Source: Fidelibacterota bacterium
GTDB lineage: Bacteria > Fidelibacterota > Marinisomatia > Marinisomatales > S15-B10
DNA length: 18,702 nucleotides
Reading direction: 5' to 3'
Assembly (NCBI GenBank): GCA_046861655.1
Contig: JBHIAI010000023.1
Location: 1 to 18,702, forward strand
Made by a program: the position numbers and the translations under genes. Shown piece by piece: positions 9,011 to 17,513 of this stretch (position 1 is the first letter of the stretch; each line of letters opens with the position of its first letter). The notes under the pieces were generated by a model, which saw nothing but the letters and a program-made list of their open reading frames with translations, did not search any database and had not been told where the DNA came from.

Positions 9011-10349
9011 GCTGACCCAGGATTTCCGTAACCTCCCCAACCAGCTCAAGGGCACTCTCTTCCGTTTTCGCTTCGCCGTAGATACGAATGATGGGCTCCG
9101 TATTGGAGGGACGAACGTGAACCCATCGTTCAGGCCAGAGGAGTTTCAGGCCGTCCCGTCGATCCCGGGAGACCCGGGGAAAAGCCAGGGCCAGAGTTTC
9201 AAGGAGTTCCTCGGGGTTCTTGTCACCCCGGGGTATTCTTTCCTTCACCGTGACGTACCGGGGAAACGAGTCAAATATCTTTCCCACAGACTCCTCAGTT
9301 CTGGCCATTCTGTCCAGCACCAGGGCCGCAGCAACCAGCGAATCCCGGCCCAGGTGGACCTCCCTGAGAATCACGCCGCCGTTTCCCTCTCCTCCCACAG
9401 AGGCGTTTTTCTGTTTCATCCCCTCCACCACGTGAATCTCTCCTACGGCTGTCCGGTGAACCTGGGCCCCATACCTCCTGGAAATATCATCCACGGCTTG
9501 AGTGGTGGATAGATTGGTCACCACCACGGGGGAAACGTCGCCGTGGGTTAAGACATCGTCCACGGCAAACACCAGGGTGTACTCCTCCCCGAGGGGACGC
9601 CCAGATTCATCCACGATGGCCAGCCGGTCCCCATCGGGATCCACGGCAAATCCCACATCACAGCCCCCTTCTCTGACCGCTTTTGACAGGGCTGTCAAAT
9701 GTTGAGGTAGAGGTTCAGGATCTCTCGTGAACTGCCCGGATGGTTCGCAATTCAACCTGGTCACCGTGCAGCCCAACCTCTCCAGCAGGGAGGGAAGAAC
9801 CCCGCTGGCCGCCCCGTTAACGGCGTCCACCGCCACCGAAAAGACCCGCTGTCGTATCCTCTCAACATCCAGCCACCTCACGGACAGAATCCGTTGAATA
9901 TGGCGTAAGGCGGCACCATCAAACCTGGAGTAACTTCCCGGTCCGGATTCCTGGGGCTCATGGGAAGTATTCATGTGCTGAACGAGTTGGCTAAACTGAT
10001 CGCCGTTGAGGAAACATCCGTCACCATCCACGAATTTCAGTCCATTCCACTGCGGCGGATTATGACTGGCTGTGACCATAATACCCCCCGCGGCATCCGT
10101 GTCCCCCACAGAGAATTGGAGGGTCGGCGTGGGACAGATCCCACAGTCCCGGATGGACGCACCCAGGGATTCCAGGTTGGCGGTGATGGCGGACACCAGC
10201 TGGGATCCCGAGGGCCGGGTATCCCGTCCCACCATGATCTTCCCTCCCCGGCAGAGCCTGAAGAAAGCTCCGGCATAGCGGGTGGCGACCTCGGCATCGA
10301 GATCTGAAGGGAAAATCCCCCGGACACCGGAAATACTCTCAATCAACAC
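9003..10349 (-). CDS. Alpha-D-phosphohexomutase family enzyme (GlmM/PMM-PGM-like; substrate uncertain)
   Basis: SISGVRG, GRDTR, TASHNP (phospho-Ser), DPDGDR (metal loop), GGEGNGG (sugar loop), RPSNTEP (phosphate loop). Confidence 0.92.
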   Translation of the reverse strand: MLIESISGVRGIFPSDLDAEVATRYAGAFFRLCRGGKIMVGRDTRPSGSQLVSAITANLESLGASIRDCGICPTPTLQFSVGDTDAAGGIMVTASHNPPQWNGLKFVDGDGCFLNGDQFSQLVQHMNTSHEPQESGPGSYSRFDGAALRHIQRILSVRWLDVERIRQRVFSVAVDAVNGAASGVLPSLLERLGCTVTRLNCEPSGQFTRDPEPLPQHLTALSKAVREGGCDVGFAVDPDGDRLAIVDESGRPLGEEYTLVFAVDDVLTHGDVSPVVVTNLSTTQAVDDISRRYGAQVHRTAVGEIHVVEGMKQKNASVGGEGNGGVILREVHLGRDSLVAAALVLDRMARTEESVGKIFDSFPRYVTVKERIPRGDKNPEELLETLALAFPRVSRDRRDGLKLLWPERWVHVRPSNTEPIIRIYGEAKTEESALELVGEVTEILGQHV

Positions 10350-10377
10350 GGCTGGGTGGTGGGCGCTCTTCTCAATG

Positions 10378-10524
10378 CCATCCAGGGGACATGAACCCTG
10401 GATGGAAAGGCTCTACGGTTAACTTAAGACCTGATGTGTGGAAAGAACACATCCGCCGTCCCCGCTCCGCGGGATTCAACAAGCGGAGCTGGCGGATGCC
10501 AGGATCATCCTGACCCCTCAGGGG
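10378..10524. repeat. Cluster of inverted repeats / nested palindromes in the rpsU-mutase spacer
   Basis: CCATCCAGGG 10378-10387 / CCCTGGATGG 10396-10405; GATGTGT 10433-10439 / ACACATC 10447-10453; CATCCGCC 10450-10457 / GGCGGATG 10491-10498 enclosing GCTCCGC 10464-10470 / GCGGAGC 10483-10489; CAGGATCATCCTG; CCCCTCAGGGG. Confidence 0.7.
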
Positions 10525-10551
10525 AGGGAGGCCATTCCGTACATGAACCGA

Positions 10552-10716
10552 TCACCTTCTGGGCCTTCCGTTTCTCATCCTCCTTGCCGCGCTCGGCTTC
10601 AGGTAAAAAGACTTCCGCCGGATATCCCTCAGAATGCCGGCCTTTTCGTACTTCTTCTTGAATCGCCTGAGGGCCCGGTTAAGGTCTTCCCCCTTTCGAA
10701 CCGTCACTTGAACCAG
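10552..10716 (-). CDS. rpsU: 30S ribosomal protein S21 (54 aa, CTG start)
   Basis: Not in the ORF track. Hand translation: (M)VQVTVRKGEDLNRALRRFKKKYEKAGILRDIRRKSFYLKPSAARRMRNGRPRR*. Contains the S21 hallmarks ALRRFKK, GIL, FYxKPS. Strong SD GGAGGTGA upstream. Confidence 0.93.
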   Translation of the reverse strand: MVQVTVRKGEDLNRALRRFKKKYEKAGILRDIRRKSFYLKPSAARRMRNGRPRR

Positions 10717-10760
10717 TTACATCACCTCCCTTCCTCCGTAGGAGATTCTCTGGATAGATC

Positions 10761-11597
10761 CTAACCCAGATAGGTTTTCAAATTCTTGCTCCGGGACTTG
10801 TGCCGGAGACGCCGGATGGCCTTCTCTTTTATTTGCCGGACCCGTTCCCGCGTCAGGTTGAACTCCTCTCCGATTTCGTTCAGAGTGAGAGCATAGTCCC
10901 GGTCAATGCCAAAATACATCTTGATGACGTCCCGTTCCCGCTCTTTTAAGGAATCCAGACAGCCCCGGATCTCCTCCTTGAGGGATTCATTCATCAAGAC
11001 ATTGTCCGGAGGCCTCTGATTATCGTCTTCGATGACGTCCATGAGTGAATTCCTGTCCCCGTCACGGAACGGTGCGTTTAGAGAATGATGTCGCCTTGAA
11101 ATCCTGACAGCATCGGTGACCTCCTCGGACTGCATGTCTAGTTGTTTAGCGATTTCGTCCTCGTTGGGTGGACGCTCATACTCGGATTCCAGATCCTCGG
11201 CTGCCTTGGTGATCTTGCTGATGGTTCCCACCCGGTTCAGGGGCAGCCTGACGATGCGGGAATGCTCCGCCAGGGCCTGAAGGATGGATTGGCGGATCCA
11301 CCAGACCGCGTAAGAAATAAACTTGAATCCGCGAGTTTCGTCGAACCGCTCCGCCGCCTTGATAAGACCAAGGTTGCCCTCATTGATGAGATCGGTGAGC
11401 GGAAGGCCCTGACCCTGATAGTCCTTGGCCACAGAGACAACAAAACGAAGATTAGCTTCCGTTAGCTCCCTCAAAGCCTCCTGGTCACCCCTTTTTACCC
11501 GCTGGGCCAGTTCGATCTCCCTCTCGGGTTTCAGAGGCTCATACTTGCCGATCTCCTCAAGATATCGGCTCAAACTCCTGTTGGCGTCACTGGGCAT
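10761..11597 (-). CDS. RNA polymerase sigma-70 family factor, RpoD/SigA-like, lacking region 1.1
   Basis: YLEEIG (1.2), [45 protein letters not shown] (2.3-2.4), [18 protein letters not shown] (4.2); 278 aa. Confidence 0.95.
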   Translation of the reverse strand: MPSDANRSLSRYLEEIGKYEPLKPEREIELAQRVKRGDQEALRELTEANLRFVVSVAKDYQGQGLPLTDLINEGNLGLIKAAERFDETRGFKFISYAVWWIRQSILQALAEHSRIVRLPLNRVGTISKITKAAEDLESEYERPPNEDEIAKQLDMQSEEVTDAVRISRRHHSLNAPFRDGDRNSLMDVIEDDNQRPPDNVLMNESLKEEIRGCLDSLKERERDVIKMYFGIDRDYALTLNEIGEEFNLTRERVRQIKEKAIRRLRHKSRSKNLKTYLG

Positions 11598-11645
11598 TCA
11601 ACACCCCCTATGATTGATCTTTCCTCGACAAAATGCGAACGAAAA

Positions 11646-11674
11646 AGTATATAAAGTTACGCCTTTTCCGTCAA
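11646..11674 (-). promoter_or_regulatory. Sigma70-type promoter for the sigma factor/rpsU unit
   Basis: Minus strand TTGACG (11674-11669), 17-nt spacer, TATACT (11651-11646); about 48 nt upstream of the ATG, in an AT-rich patch. Confidence 0.8.
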
Positions 11675-11731
11675 TTCTTCAAGGCCGCGTTAACACCTTG
11701 CCTAAGACCTTCTCCGCCTACCTTTGCTACG

Positions 11732-12526
11732 TTACGGTTCGTCCTTTGTTTCAAACCCGCCCTCCCGGAACCGGAGGGACAGATCAACGAACTCCTCCAC
11801 GGACACCGACTCGGGGCGACGGGTGAAATCAAAGCCCGGTATCTCTTCCCAGGGGTAGACCGCCAGGGAATTCTTGAGCATCTTCCGTCTCTGGGAGAAC
11901 GCGTGCTTGACCAGGACCCCGAACGCTTTCCGGCTTTCACGGTTCCACCCGAATTTCCGGTGGGGCCGAATCGACACCAGGGCCGATCGTACGGTGGGCC
12001 TGGGCGCGAAGACCTCCGGTGGGACCCTAAGTTTCTCTTCTACGTCAGCAGCGGATTGCACCATGACCGTAAGCCGGCCGTAAACCTTGCTTCCAGGCGA
12101 CGCCGTGAGGCGTTCGGCCACCTCCTGTTGAACCATGAAATGGATGTCCTTCCACCTGCCGGGATGCTCCAGCAGGGCAAAGATGAGGGGCGAGGTGATG
12201 CCGTAGGGGATATTGCCAACCACCCTCACCGGGAATTCCTTGAAGGGAAGATTGGAAAGGTCCACGGCCAGCACATCCCCTTGAATGAAGGTACACCGGT
12301 CCAACCCGGGATGAGTGACAAGCGCTTGAACAAGGTCGGCGTCGATTTCGACTCCGATGAGCTCCTTCACTCGTGGAGCCAGCAGTTCCGTCAAAGCCCC
12401 CTCCCCCGGTCCAACCTCCAGAACGGAATCTGTGGACCGGGGCCCGATAATCCTGACCACTTTGTCCAGGAGATTGGTGTCCCGAAGAAAATGCTGACCC
12501 CAACGTTTCCTGAATCTCCTTGTCAC
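11732..12526 (-). CDS. rsmA: 16S rRNA m6,2A dimethyltransferase KsgA/RsmA
   Basis: RKRWGQHFL, VLEVGPGEG, VEID, VVGNIPY, MVQQEVAERL, YGRLTV, F.P.P.V.S, AFSQRRKML. Start placed at GTG 12526; exact start uncertain (12580 possible). Confidence 0.95.
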   Translation of the reverse strand: MTRRFRKRWGQHFLRDTNLLDKVVRIIGPRSTDSVLEVGPGEGALTELLAPRVKELIGVEIDADLVQALVTHPGLDRCTFIQGDVLAVDLSNLPFKEFPVRVVGNIPYGITSPLIFALLEHPGRWKDIHFMVQQEVAERLTASPGSKVYGRLTVMVQSAADVEEKLRVPPEVFAPRPTVRSALVSIRPHRKFGWNRESRKAFGVLVKHAFSQRRKMLKNSLAVYPWEEIPGFDFTRRPESVSVEEFVDLSLRFREGGFETKDEP

Positions 12527-12605
12527 TCCGGAAGACCGAAAGAATGGCGGGTGCGGGTGTCTACAAACACCGGAGCCCACTCCCTGAATGGGGGTTCAGG
12601 CTCGA

Positions 12606-14504
12606 TCAGGAAATGGGCACCCCGGGTCCCACGGAAGGATCGTCTACCGTAACCAGCACTACCGAATCGCCACTGGTGGCCGCCAGAAGCATGCCGTTGG
12701 ATTCCACGCCCCGGATCGTTACAGGTTCAAGATTGGTGACAGCGATAATCACCCTTCCCACCAGCTCTTCAGCCTCGTAGTAGGGAGCGATACCGGCCAC
12801 GATCTGTCGCGATTCCTCCCCCAGATCGATCTGAAGCTTTAAGAGCTTGTCGGCCCCTTTCACCTTCTCCGCTTCTGTCACCCGGGCCGTCTTGAGCTGG
12901 ATCTTTTGAAAGTCCTCGATGGTGATGATTCCTTCGGTCATCTTTCCTTCCTCTTTTCTGGATTCAGCAGATGTTAGTTCAATTCTCGGAAACGGGAGTT
13001 CGAACTCTCCCAATTCGTTTCCGCTGGAAAGTTTTCCCCAGGACATATCTGCCAGATTCCCCCTGTGGGTGTCACTGGGAGCCACCGCTCCAATCATGGC
13101 CAGGATTTGTTCGCACTTCACCGGCATAATGGGGTGGAGAAGCTCCAGGGCGATTCTCAAGGACTCCGACGCAAAGTAAAGGACGGTTCCGGCCTGTCCT
13201 TTCTGAGAGGTCACCAGTTTCCACGGTTCTCTTCTTTCCATGTAACGATTGATCGCCCGGACAAACTGAAGGGTTTCCTCCACCGCCTCGCTGATCCTCA
13301 TGGTCTCGATCTTTTCCATCACTATTCGGGGAATTCTCCCTCCAAACGCTTTAAGCTCCCCCTCTTCATCACCGGTGGGTCCCACAGCGGGGATTTTCCC
13401 GTCAAAATGCCGGCGGATCAAAGTCACCACCCGTCCAACCAGATTCCCCAGGTCGTTGGCAAGATCACTGTTGTACCGGCGGGCAAATCGCTCGAGGGAA
13501 AAACTGCTGTCCTGGCCCAGAACCATACCCCGCATGAGAAAATACCGGACAGGATCCACGCCACACTCCTCGATAAGGTCCAGGGGCCTCACTACATTGC
13601 CCAGGGACTTGGACATCTTAAAATCCTCACTCAACCACCATCCATGGGCGAATATGGATTGAGGGAGAGGAAGATCAGCCGCGAACAGGAAGGTAGGCCA
13701 GTAGACGGCATGGGTGGTAAGTATGTCCTTGCCGATTAAGTGAACCTCTGCTGGCCACCATTTCTTGAACAGATCGTCCCGGCGGGTTGCCCCGACCGCG
13801 GTCACATAATTCAGCAGTGCGTCAAACCAGACGTAGGTCACGTAGTCCGGGTCGAAAGGAAGCTCAATTCCCCAGGGCAGGCGGGACCTGGGCCGTGATA
13901 TGCACAGGTCACCCAGAGGTTGTTTCAGAAACCCCAGTACCTCATTTCGGCGGAATTCGGGCTGAATGAACCCGGGATCCTCCTGGATGGTGCTGACGAG
14001 CCGTTCCTGGTAGCTGCTCATCTTGAAAAAATAGTTCTTTTCTGTTATGACCTCCAGCTTCCGCCGGTGCTGGGGACAGGTTCCGTCCACCAGCTCCTTC
14101 TCCGTGTAGAAGCGCTCACATCCCACGCAGTAGCGGCCGGAGTATTCGTCAAAATAGATGTCCCCCTTATCGTGGATTCGCTGAAGGATGGTCTGTACCA
14201 CATCCTTGTGGTCAGGATCGGTGGTTCGAATAAAATAGTCGTACTGAATGTGGAGCCTGTCCCACAGCTCCTTGAAACGGACCACCATTTCGTCGCAGTG
14301 TTGCTTCGGCGAAATCCCATGTTTCTTAGCCGCCTGAAATACTTTCTGGCCGTGCTCGTCGGTGCCTGTGAGAAAAAAGACCTCCTCACCGGCCTCCCGG
14401 TGATACCGGGCCAGGACGTCGGCCAGAATAGTGGTGTAGGCGTGGCCCAGATGGGGCTCATCATTTACGTAGTAGATGGGTGTGGTGACGTAAAACTTCG
14501 TCAT
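12606..14504 (-). CDS. metG: Methionine--tRNA ligase with C-terminal tRNA-binding (OB) domain
   Basis: FYVTTPIYYVN..PHLGHAY, TGTDEHGQK, single knuckle CVGC..CPQH, YVWFDAL, GKDIL, KMSKSLGN, C-terminal RQIVAGI / NL.P..IRGVESNGMLLAA. Confidence 0.98.
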   Translation of the reverse strand: MTKFYVTTPIYYVNDEPHLGHAYTTILADVLARYHREAGEEVFFLTGTDEHGQKVFQAAKKHGISPKQHCDEMVVRFKELWDRLHIQYDYFIRTTDPDHKDVVQTILQRIHDKGDIYFDEYSGRYCVGCERFYTEKELVDGTCPQHRRKLEVITEKNYFFKMSSYQERLVSTIQEDPGFIQPEFRRNEVLGFLKQPLGDLCISRPRSRLPWGIELPFDPDYVTYVWFDALLNYVTAVGATRRDDLFKKWWPAEVHLIGKDILTTHAVYWPTFLFAADLPLPQSIFAHGWWLSEDFKMSKSLGNVVRPLDLIEECGVDPVRYFLMRGMVLGQDSSFSLERFARRYNSDLANDLGNLVGRVVTLIRRHFDGKIPAVGPTGDEEGELKAFGGRIPRIVMEKIETMRISEAVEETLQFVRAINRYMERREPWKLVTSQKGQAGTVLYFASESLRIALELLHPIMPVKCEQILAMIGAVAPSDTHRGNLADMSWGKLSSGNELGEFELPFPRIELTSAESRKEEGKMTEGIITIEDFQKIQLKTARVTEAEKVKGADKLLKLQIDLGEESRQIVAGIAPYYEAEELVGRVIIAVTNLEPVTIRGVESNGMLLAATSGDSVVLVTVDDPSVGPGVPIS

Positions 14505-15652
14505 GGCCGAACCGGACCCTCAGGGCGGAGATTCTCGCGGATGTCCAGTAGGAGGTTCATAAACACCAAGTTCGGGTGATAGTTCCGGGAAAGAGAGTCC
14601 ATGCACAACTCAAGGGCGGAAACGACTCCCGGAAAGTCAGCCTGGGGAAAGCGGGTGCAGATCTTTCTGACAGTGTCTTCCAGACTCAACAGAATGAGCC
14701 CAGCCTCCCCGTTCAGGGTCTGGACAAGATAGGCATCCCTGAAAAAGTAGCTTAGCAACTGAAAGTGGAGCGCCAGGGCCTGGGGATCCGCCCGGTAACT
14801 TGACAGGGCGTGGGTCACAAATCTCAGGTATCCCTCCCCCGTATCCTGGGTCAGCCACGTCACCAGTCTATCCACTAGCGAATCCAGGTCATCGAGATTC
14901 TCCTTCGCCAGGCTTCTGGCCAGGCGGACATTTCCCTGGGACAGATGGGCAAGGAACCGGGCCCGGGAATCGTCAACGTCCATGCGATCGGTCAGATAAG
15001 GCAACAGCGCTTCCTCCAAAAGGGGCGGAAAATACACACTCTGGCACCGGGAACGAATCGTTTCAGTCAACCGATCTGGAGTTTCTGTGGTGAGAATAAA
15101 GGTGGTACTCTCAGGGGGCTCTTCAATGATTTTCAGAAGAGCATTTGCCGATTCCCCCTGCTGGGTCATGAGCAGATGGGCGTCAAAGATGAGGACGAAT
15201 TTTCGGCCCGTTTCCACTGCCTTCAGATAGATTTTCTTCCTGAGATCCCGTACGGAGTTCAGGAGAATGGTGGACGCTCTCGGCAGCGTAATCTTGGCGT
15301 AGGGATCCTGGGCCTTTCTTTGCGTCAATTCATTCAGGAGCGCCAGGGTCTTATGGGACAGGGCCTTGAGGGGAGGGTCCTCTTTCACAATGTCCCTGTC
15401 CCTGGGAAAGGGAACCAGGAGGATAACGTTCGGGTGCTGCAACGATCTGAATTTCGTACACGACGGACACGTCCCACAGGGCTCATCGTCCGGGCGATGA
15501 CAGTTCAACAAGGCACAATACCGGAGGGCAATCCCTTCCTTCCCGGACCCTGGGGGCCCATGGAACAGGTAGGCACCGGCCACCCGGCCGTTTCGTCTTG
15601 CCGCAAGGAGCCTCGTCCACACCTTTTCCTGGGGCACCAGATCCTCAAACAT
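14501..15652 (-). CDS. holB: DNA polymerase III subunit delta-prime
   Basis: AYLFHGPPGSGK, Zn motif C..PCGTCPSC, HPN, ANALLKIIEEPP, TIRSRC. Confidence 0.9.
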   Translation of the reverse strand: MFEDLVPQEKVWTRLLAARRNGRVAGAYLFHGPPGSGKEGIALRYCALLNCHRPDDEPCGTCPSCTKFRSLQHPNVILLVPFPRDRDIVKEDPPLKALSHKTLALLNELTQRKAQDPYAKITLPRASTILLNSVRDLRKKIYLKAVETGRKFVLIFDAHLLMTQQGESANALLKIIEEPPESTTFILTTETPDRLTETIRSRCQSVYFPPLLEEALLPYLTDRMDVDDSRARFLAHLSQGNVRLARSLAKENLDDLDSLVDRLVTWLTQDTGEGYLRFVTHALSSYRADPQALALHFQLLSYFFRDAYLVQTLNGEAGLILLSLEDTVRKICTRFPQADFPGVVSALELCMDSLSRNYHPNLVFMNLLLDIRENLRPEGPVRP

Positions 15653-15664
15653 GGAGGGACAACC

Positions 15665-16858
15665 CTATCCTTTCTTGGTAAGCCACGCTTCCGGATTAAG
15701 CTTCTTCCGGTTGCCCCAGACTTCGAAATGGAGTTTGGCTCCGTCAAGAGATCCCGAGTCGCCTACATGGGCGATCACGTCCAGGGCTTTCACGTACGAA
15801 TTCTCTCCCACTTCAACGTCGGTTACATGTGTGTACACCGTGTAGAAGCCTCCCCCGTGGTCGATGATGATGGTGTTTCCGTATCCCCGGATGTAGGTCA
15901 CCGTAGTGACAATCCCGTCGAAGACTGCCCGGACCCGGCTTCCTTCCTTCCCCCGGATGTCGATACCCGGATTATCGGTTACCGTTTTGAGAGTGGGATT
16001 CCTGTGACTGCCGAAGCGCGTGACAACGGATCCTTCAACGGGCCAGGGAAGCCGGCCTTTCACGGAAACAAAGTCTGACGCCCCTGCCAGTTCCGCCTCT
16101 CTCCGCCGCCGTTCCCGGTCCGCCCGCTCCCTTTCCAGGCTCAGGATGATCGTTTCCAGTTCTTCCGCAGCCGACCGCCTGTCCTGGAGAGCCTCCGACA
16201 GTTCCTGGTGATTCCTCTTGAGACGGACCAGCTCCCTGTTTCGCATACGCCGATTCCGTTCCAACCAGGCCTTCCTGGCAGTGCGCTCACGGTCGATCTT
16301 TGCCAGATCGGCCAGGTCTTTCTCCAGCAACGATTGCCGGGCGGTTATTTCGTGAAGGGCTGACCGTATCTCACCGGCAAGGGTCCGGTCATAATCGGAG
16401 ATAATGGTCAGGTACTTAGACCGGTACGTCAGCTGACGCCAGGAATCAGAATCCAGTAAGAGAGCCAGATCGGATAACCGTCCTTTGGTATACACATCCA
16501 CCACCCGACGGGCGTATCTCTCCTGAAGAGCGGCGTATTCCTCTTTCTTGGTTTCTATGGCCCTTCTGGCCTCCTCGACAGCCCGTTCTTTCGCCTGCTC
16601 TTCCTTTCTCAAACGGTACAGAAGATTCCTCACCAGGGAAATTTCCTCATCCAGTTCACCCAGCTTCTCAGCCGCGCCCTTCTCCCTGTCGGAGGTTTCC
16701 CGGATTCGCCGTTCAAAATCACGGATCTCCTCACGGAGACGATCCAGCTCCCGGGAATGAAACTGAATGTCTTCGTCAATACCCTCCACCTGGGCCGGGC
16801 CGGCAACAGGAAGAAGTAGAGCCAGGACGATTGCAGGGGGTTTGCTCCTGACAGTCAC
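15665..16858 (-). CDS. EnvC-like murein hydrolase activator (coiled coil + degenerate M23/LytM domain)
   Basis: Signal-like N-terminus, long coiled coil, KGRLPWPVEG, GIDI, GYGNTIIIDHG, LHFEV. Zn ligands degenerate: NPGID for HxxxD and KLH for HxH. Confidence 0.88.
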   Translation of the reverse strand: MTVRSKPPAIVLALLLPVAGPAQVEGIDEDIQFHSRELDRLREEIRDFERRIRETSDREKGAAEKLGELDEEISLVRNLLYRLRKEEQAKERAVEEARRAIETKKEEYAALQERYARRVVDVYTKGRLSDLALLLDSDSWRQLTYRSKYLTIISDYDRTLAGEIRSALHEITARQSLLEKDLADLAKIDRERTARKAWLERNRRMRNRELVRLKRNHQELSEALQDRRSAAEELETIILSLERERADRERRRREAELAGASDFVSVKGRLPWPVEGSVVTRFGSHRNPTLKTVTDNPGIDIRGKEGSRVRAVFDGIVTTVTYIRGYGNTIIIDHGGGFYTVYTHVTDVEVGENSYVKALDVIAHVGDSGSLDGAKLHFEVWGNRKKLNPEAWLTKKG

Positions 16859-16864
16859 GACGAG

Positions 16865-16893
16865 AAAATAGATTGACCCTCAGTGATTATCAA
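16865..16893 (-). promoter_or_regulatory. Sigma70-type promoter for the envC-holB-metG-rsmA run
   Basis: Minus strand TTGATA (16893-16888), 17 nt, TATTTT (16870-16865), only 6 nt before GTG 16858. Confidence 0.6.
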
Positions 16894-16936
16894 TTCTTTT
16901 TCCAGCAACCCAGACCGGCCCACCCGGGGAAAGCGC

Positions 16937-16965
16937 TTGACTAAACTCAAGGGGTTAACTATTTT
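16937..16965 (+). promoter_or_regulatory. Sigma70-type promoter for the cNMP-binding/AI-2E pair
   Basis: TTGACT (16937-16942), 17 nt, TATTTT (16960-16965); SD AAGGAGG at 16989-16995. Confidence 0.7.
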
Positions 16966-17000
16966 GCTCATCAACCCCGTCTGAACGTAAGGAGGCAAAG

Positions 17001-17513
17001 GTGAAAAGCGCGGTCTGGGAGAATATCTTCCGAGGGAGAAAAAAGGATCAAAGCAAGGAAGTCCTGGCCCTCAAGCAAGTTCCTGTGTTCGATGGCCTGG
17101 ATGACAGGGAGCTGGCGGAAATAGAGAGGGTGGTCCACCATCGTACCTACAAACCGGAGGAATTCGTGTTCCGAAAGAGCGCCCCAGGAGAGGGACTGTA
17201 TATCATTCTCCAGGGAAGTGTGGACATTCTCACGGAGACAGACGATGGAAAATCCAGCCTGGTGGCGTCGCTGGGTGAAGGGGACTTTTTTGGAGACCTC
17301 TCCCTTCTGGATCAGGAGCCCCGGTCCGCAAATGCCGTGGCCAAAGACTACTCCGAACTCCTGGGATTCTTTCGCCCGGACCTTACCTCAATCCTGAAGC
17401 GAAAACCGGATCTGGGCGTAAAGATCCTTTTCAACGTCGCCAGGGTTATCGGGGAAAGGCTGAGAAAGACCAACGAACTTTTGGAGGCATCCCAGGGTAA
17501 ACGCCAAGGGTGA
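17001..17513 (+). CDS. Stand-alone cyclic nucleotide-binding domain protein (no HTH)
   Basis: LKQVPVFDGL, GEGLYIILQGSV, GDFFGDLSLLDQEPRSANAVA, C-helix IGERLRKTN; GTG start with strong SD. Confidence 0.9.
   Translation: MKSAVWENIFRGRKKDQSKEVLALKQVPVFDGLDDRELAEIERVVHHRTYKPEEFVFRKSAPGEGLYIILQGSVDILTETDDGKSSLVASLGEGDFFGDLSLLDQEPRSANAVAKDYSELLGFFRPDLTSILKRKPDLGVKILFNVARVIGERLRKTNELLEASQGKRQG

Noticed and set aside
10350..10551. glmS ribozyme, SRP RNA, tRNA or CRISPR in the spacer
   Set aside because: An AGCGCC is present but only about 12 nt before the start codon, with no downstream ribozyme core; no SRP GGAA domain IV, cloverleaf, or regularly spaced repeats.
10434..10764. Plus-strand 75-aa and 108-aa ORFs
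   Set aside because: Antisense to rpsU and the palindromic spacer; Pro/Ser-rich with no motifs.
12527..12605. Two small hairpins between metG and rsmA (CCTGAA/TTCAGG, GGTGT/ACACC)
   Set aside because: Short stems without a U-tract; not distinguishable from chance at this GC content.
15665..16050. Active M23 endopeptidase call
   Set aside because: Two Zn/catalytic His positions are substituted, matching the non-catalytic EnvC type; known biology, not novel.
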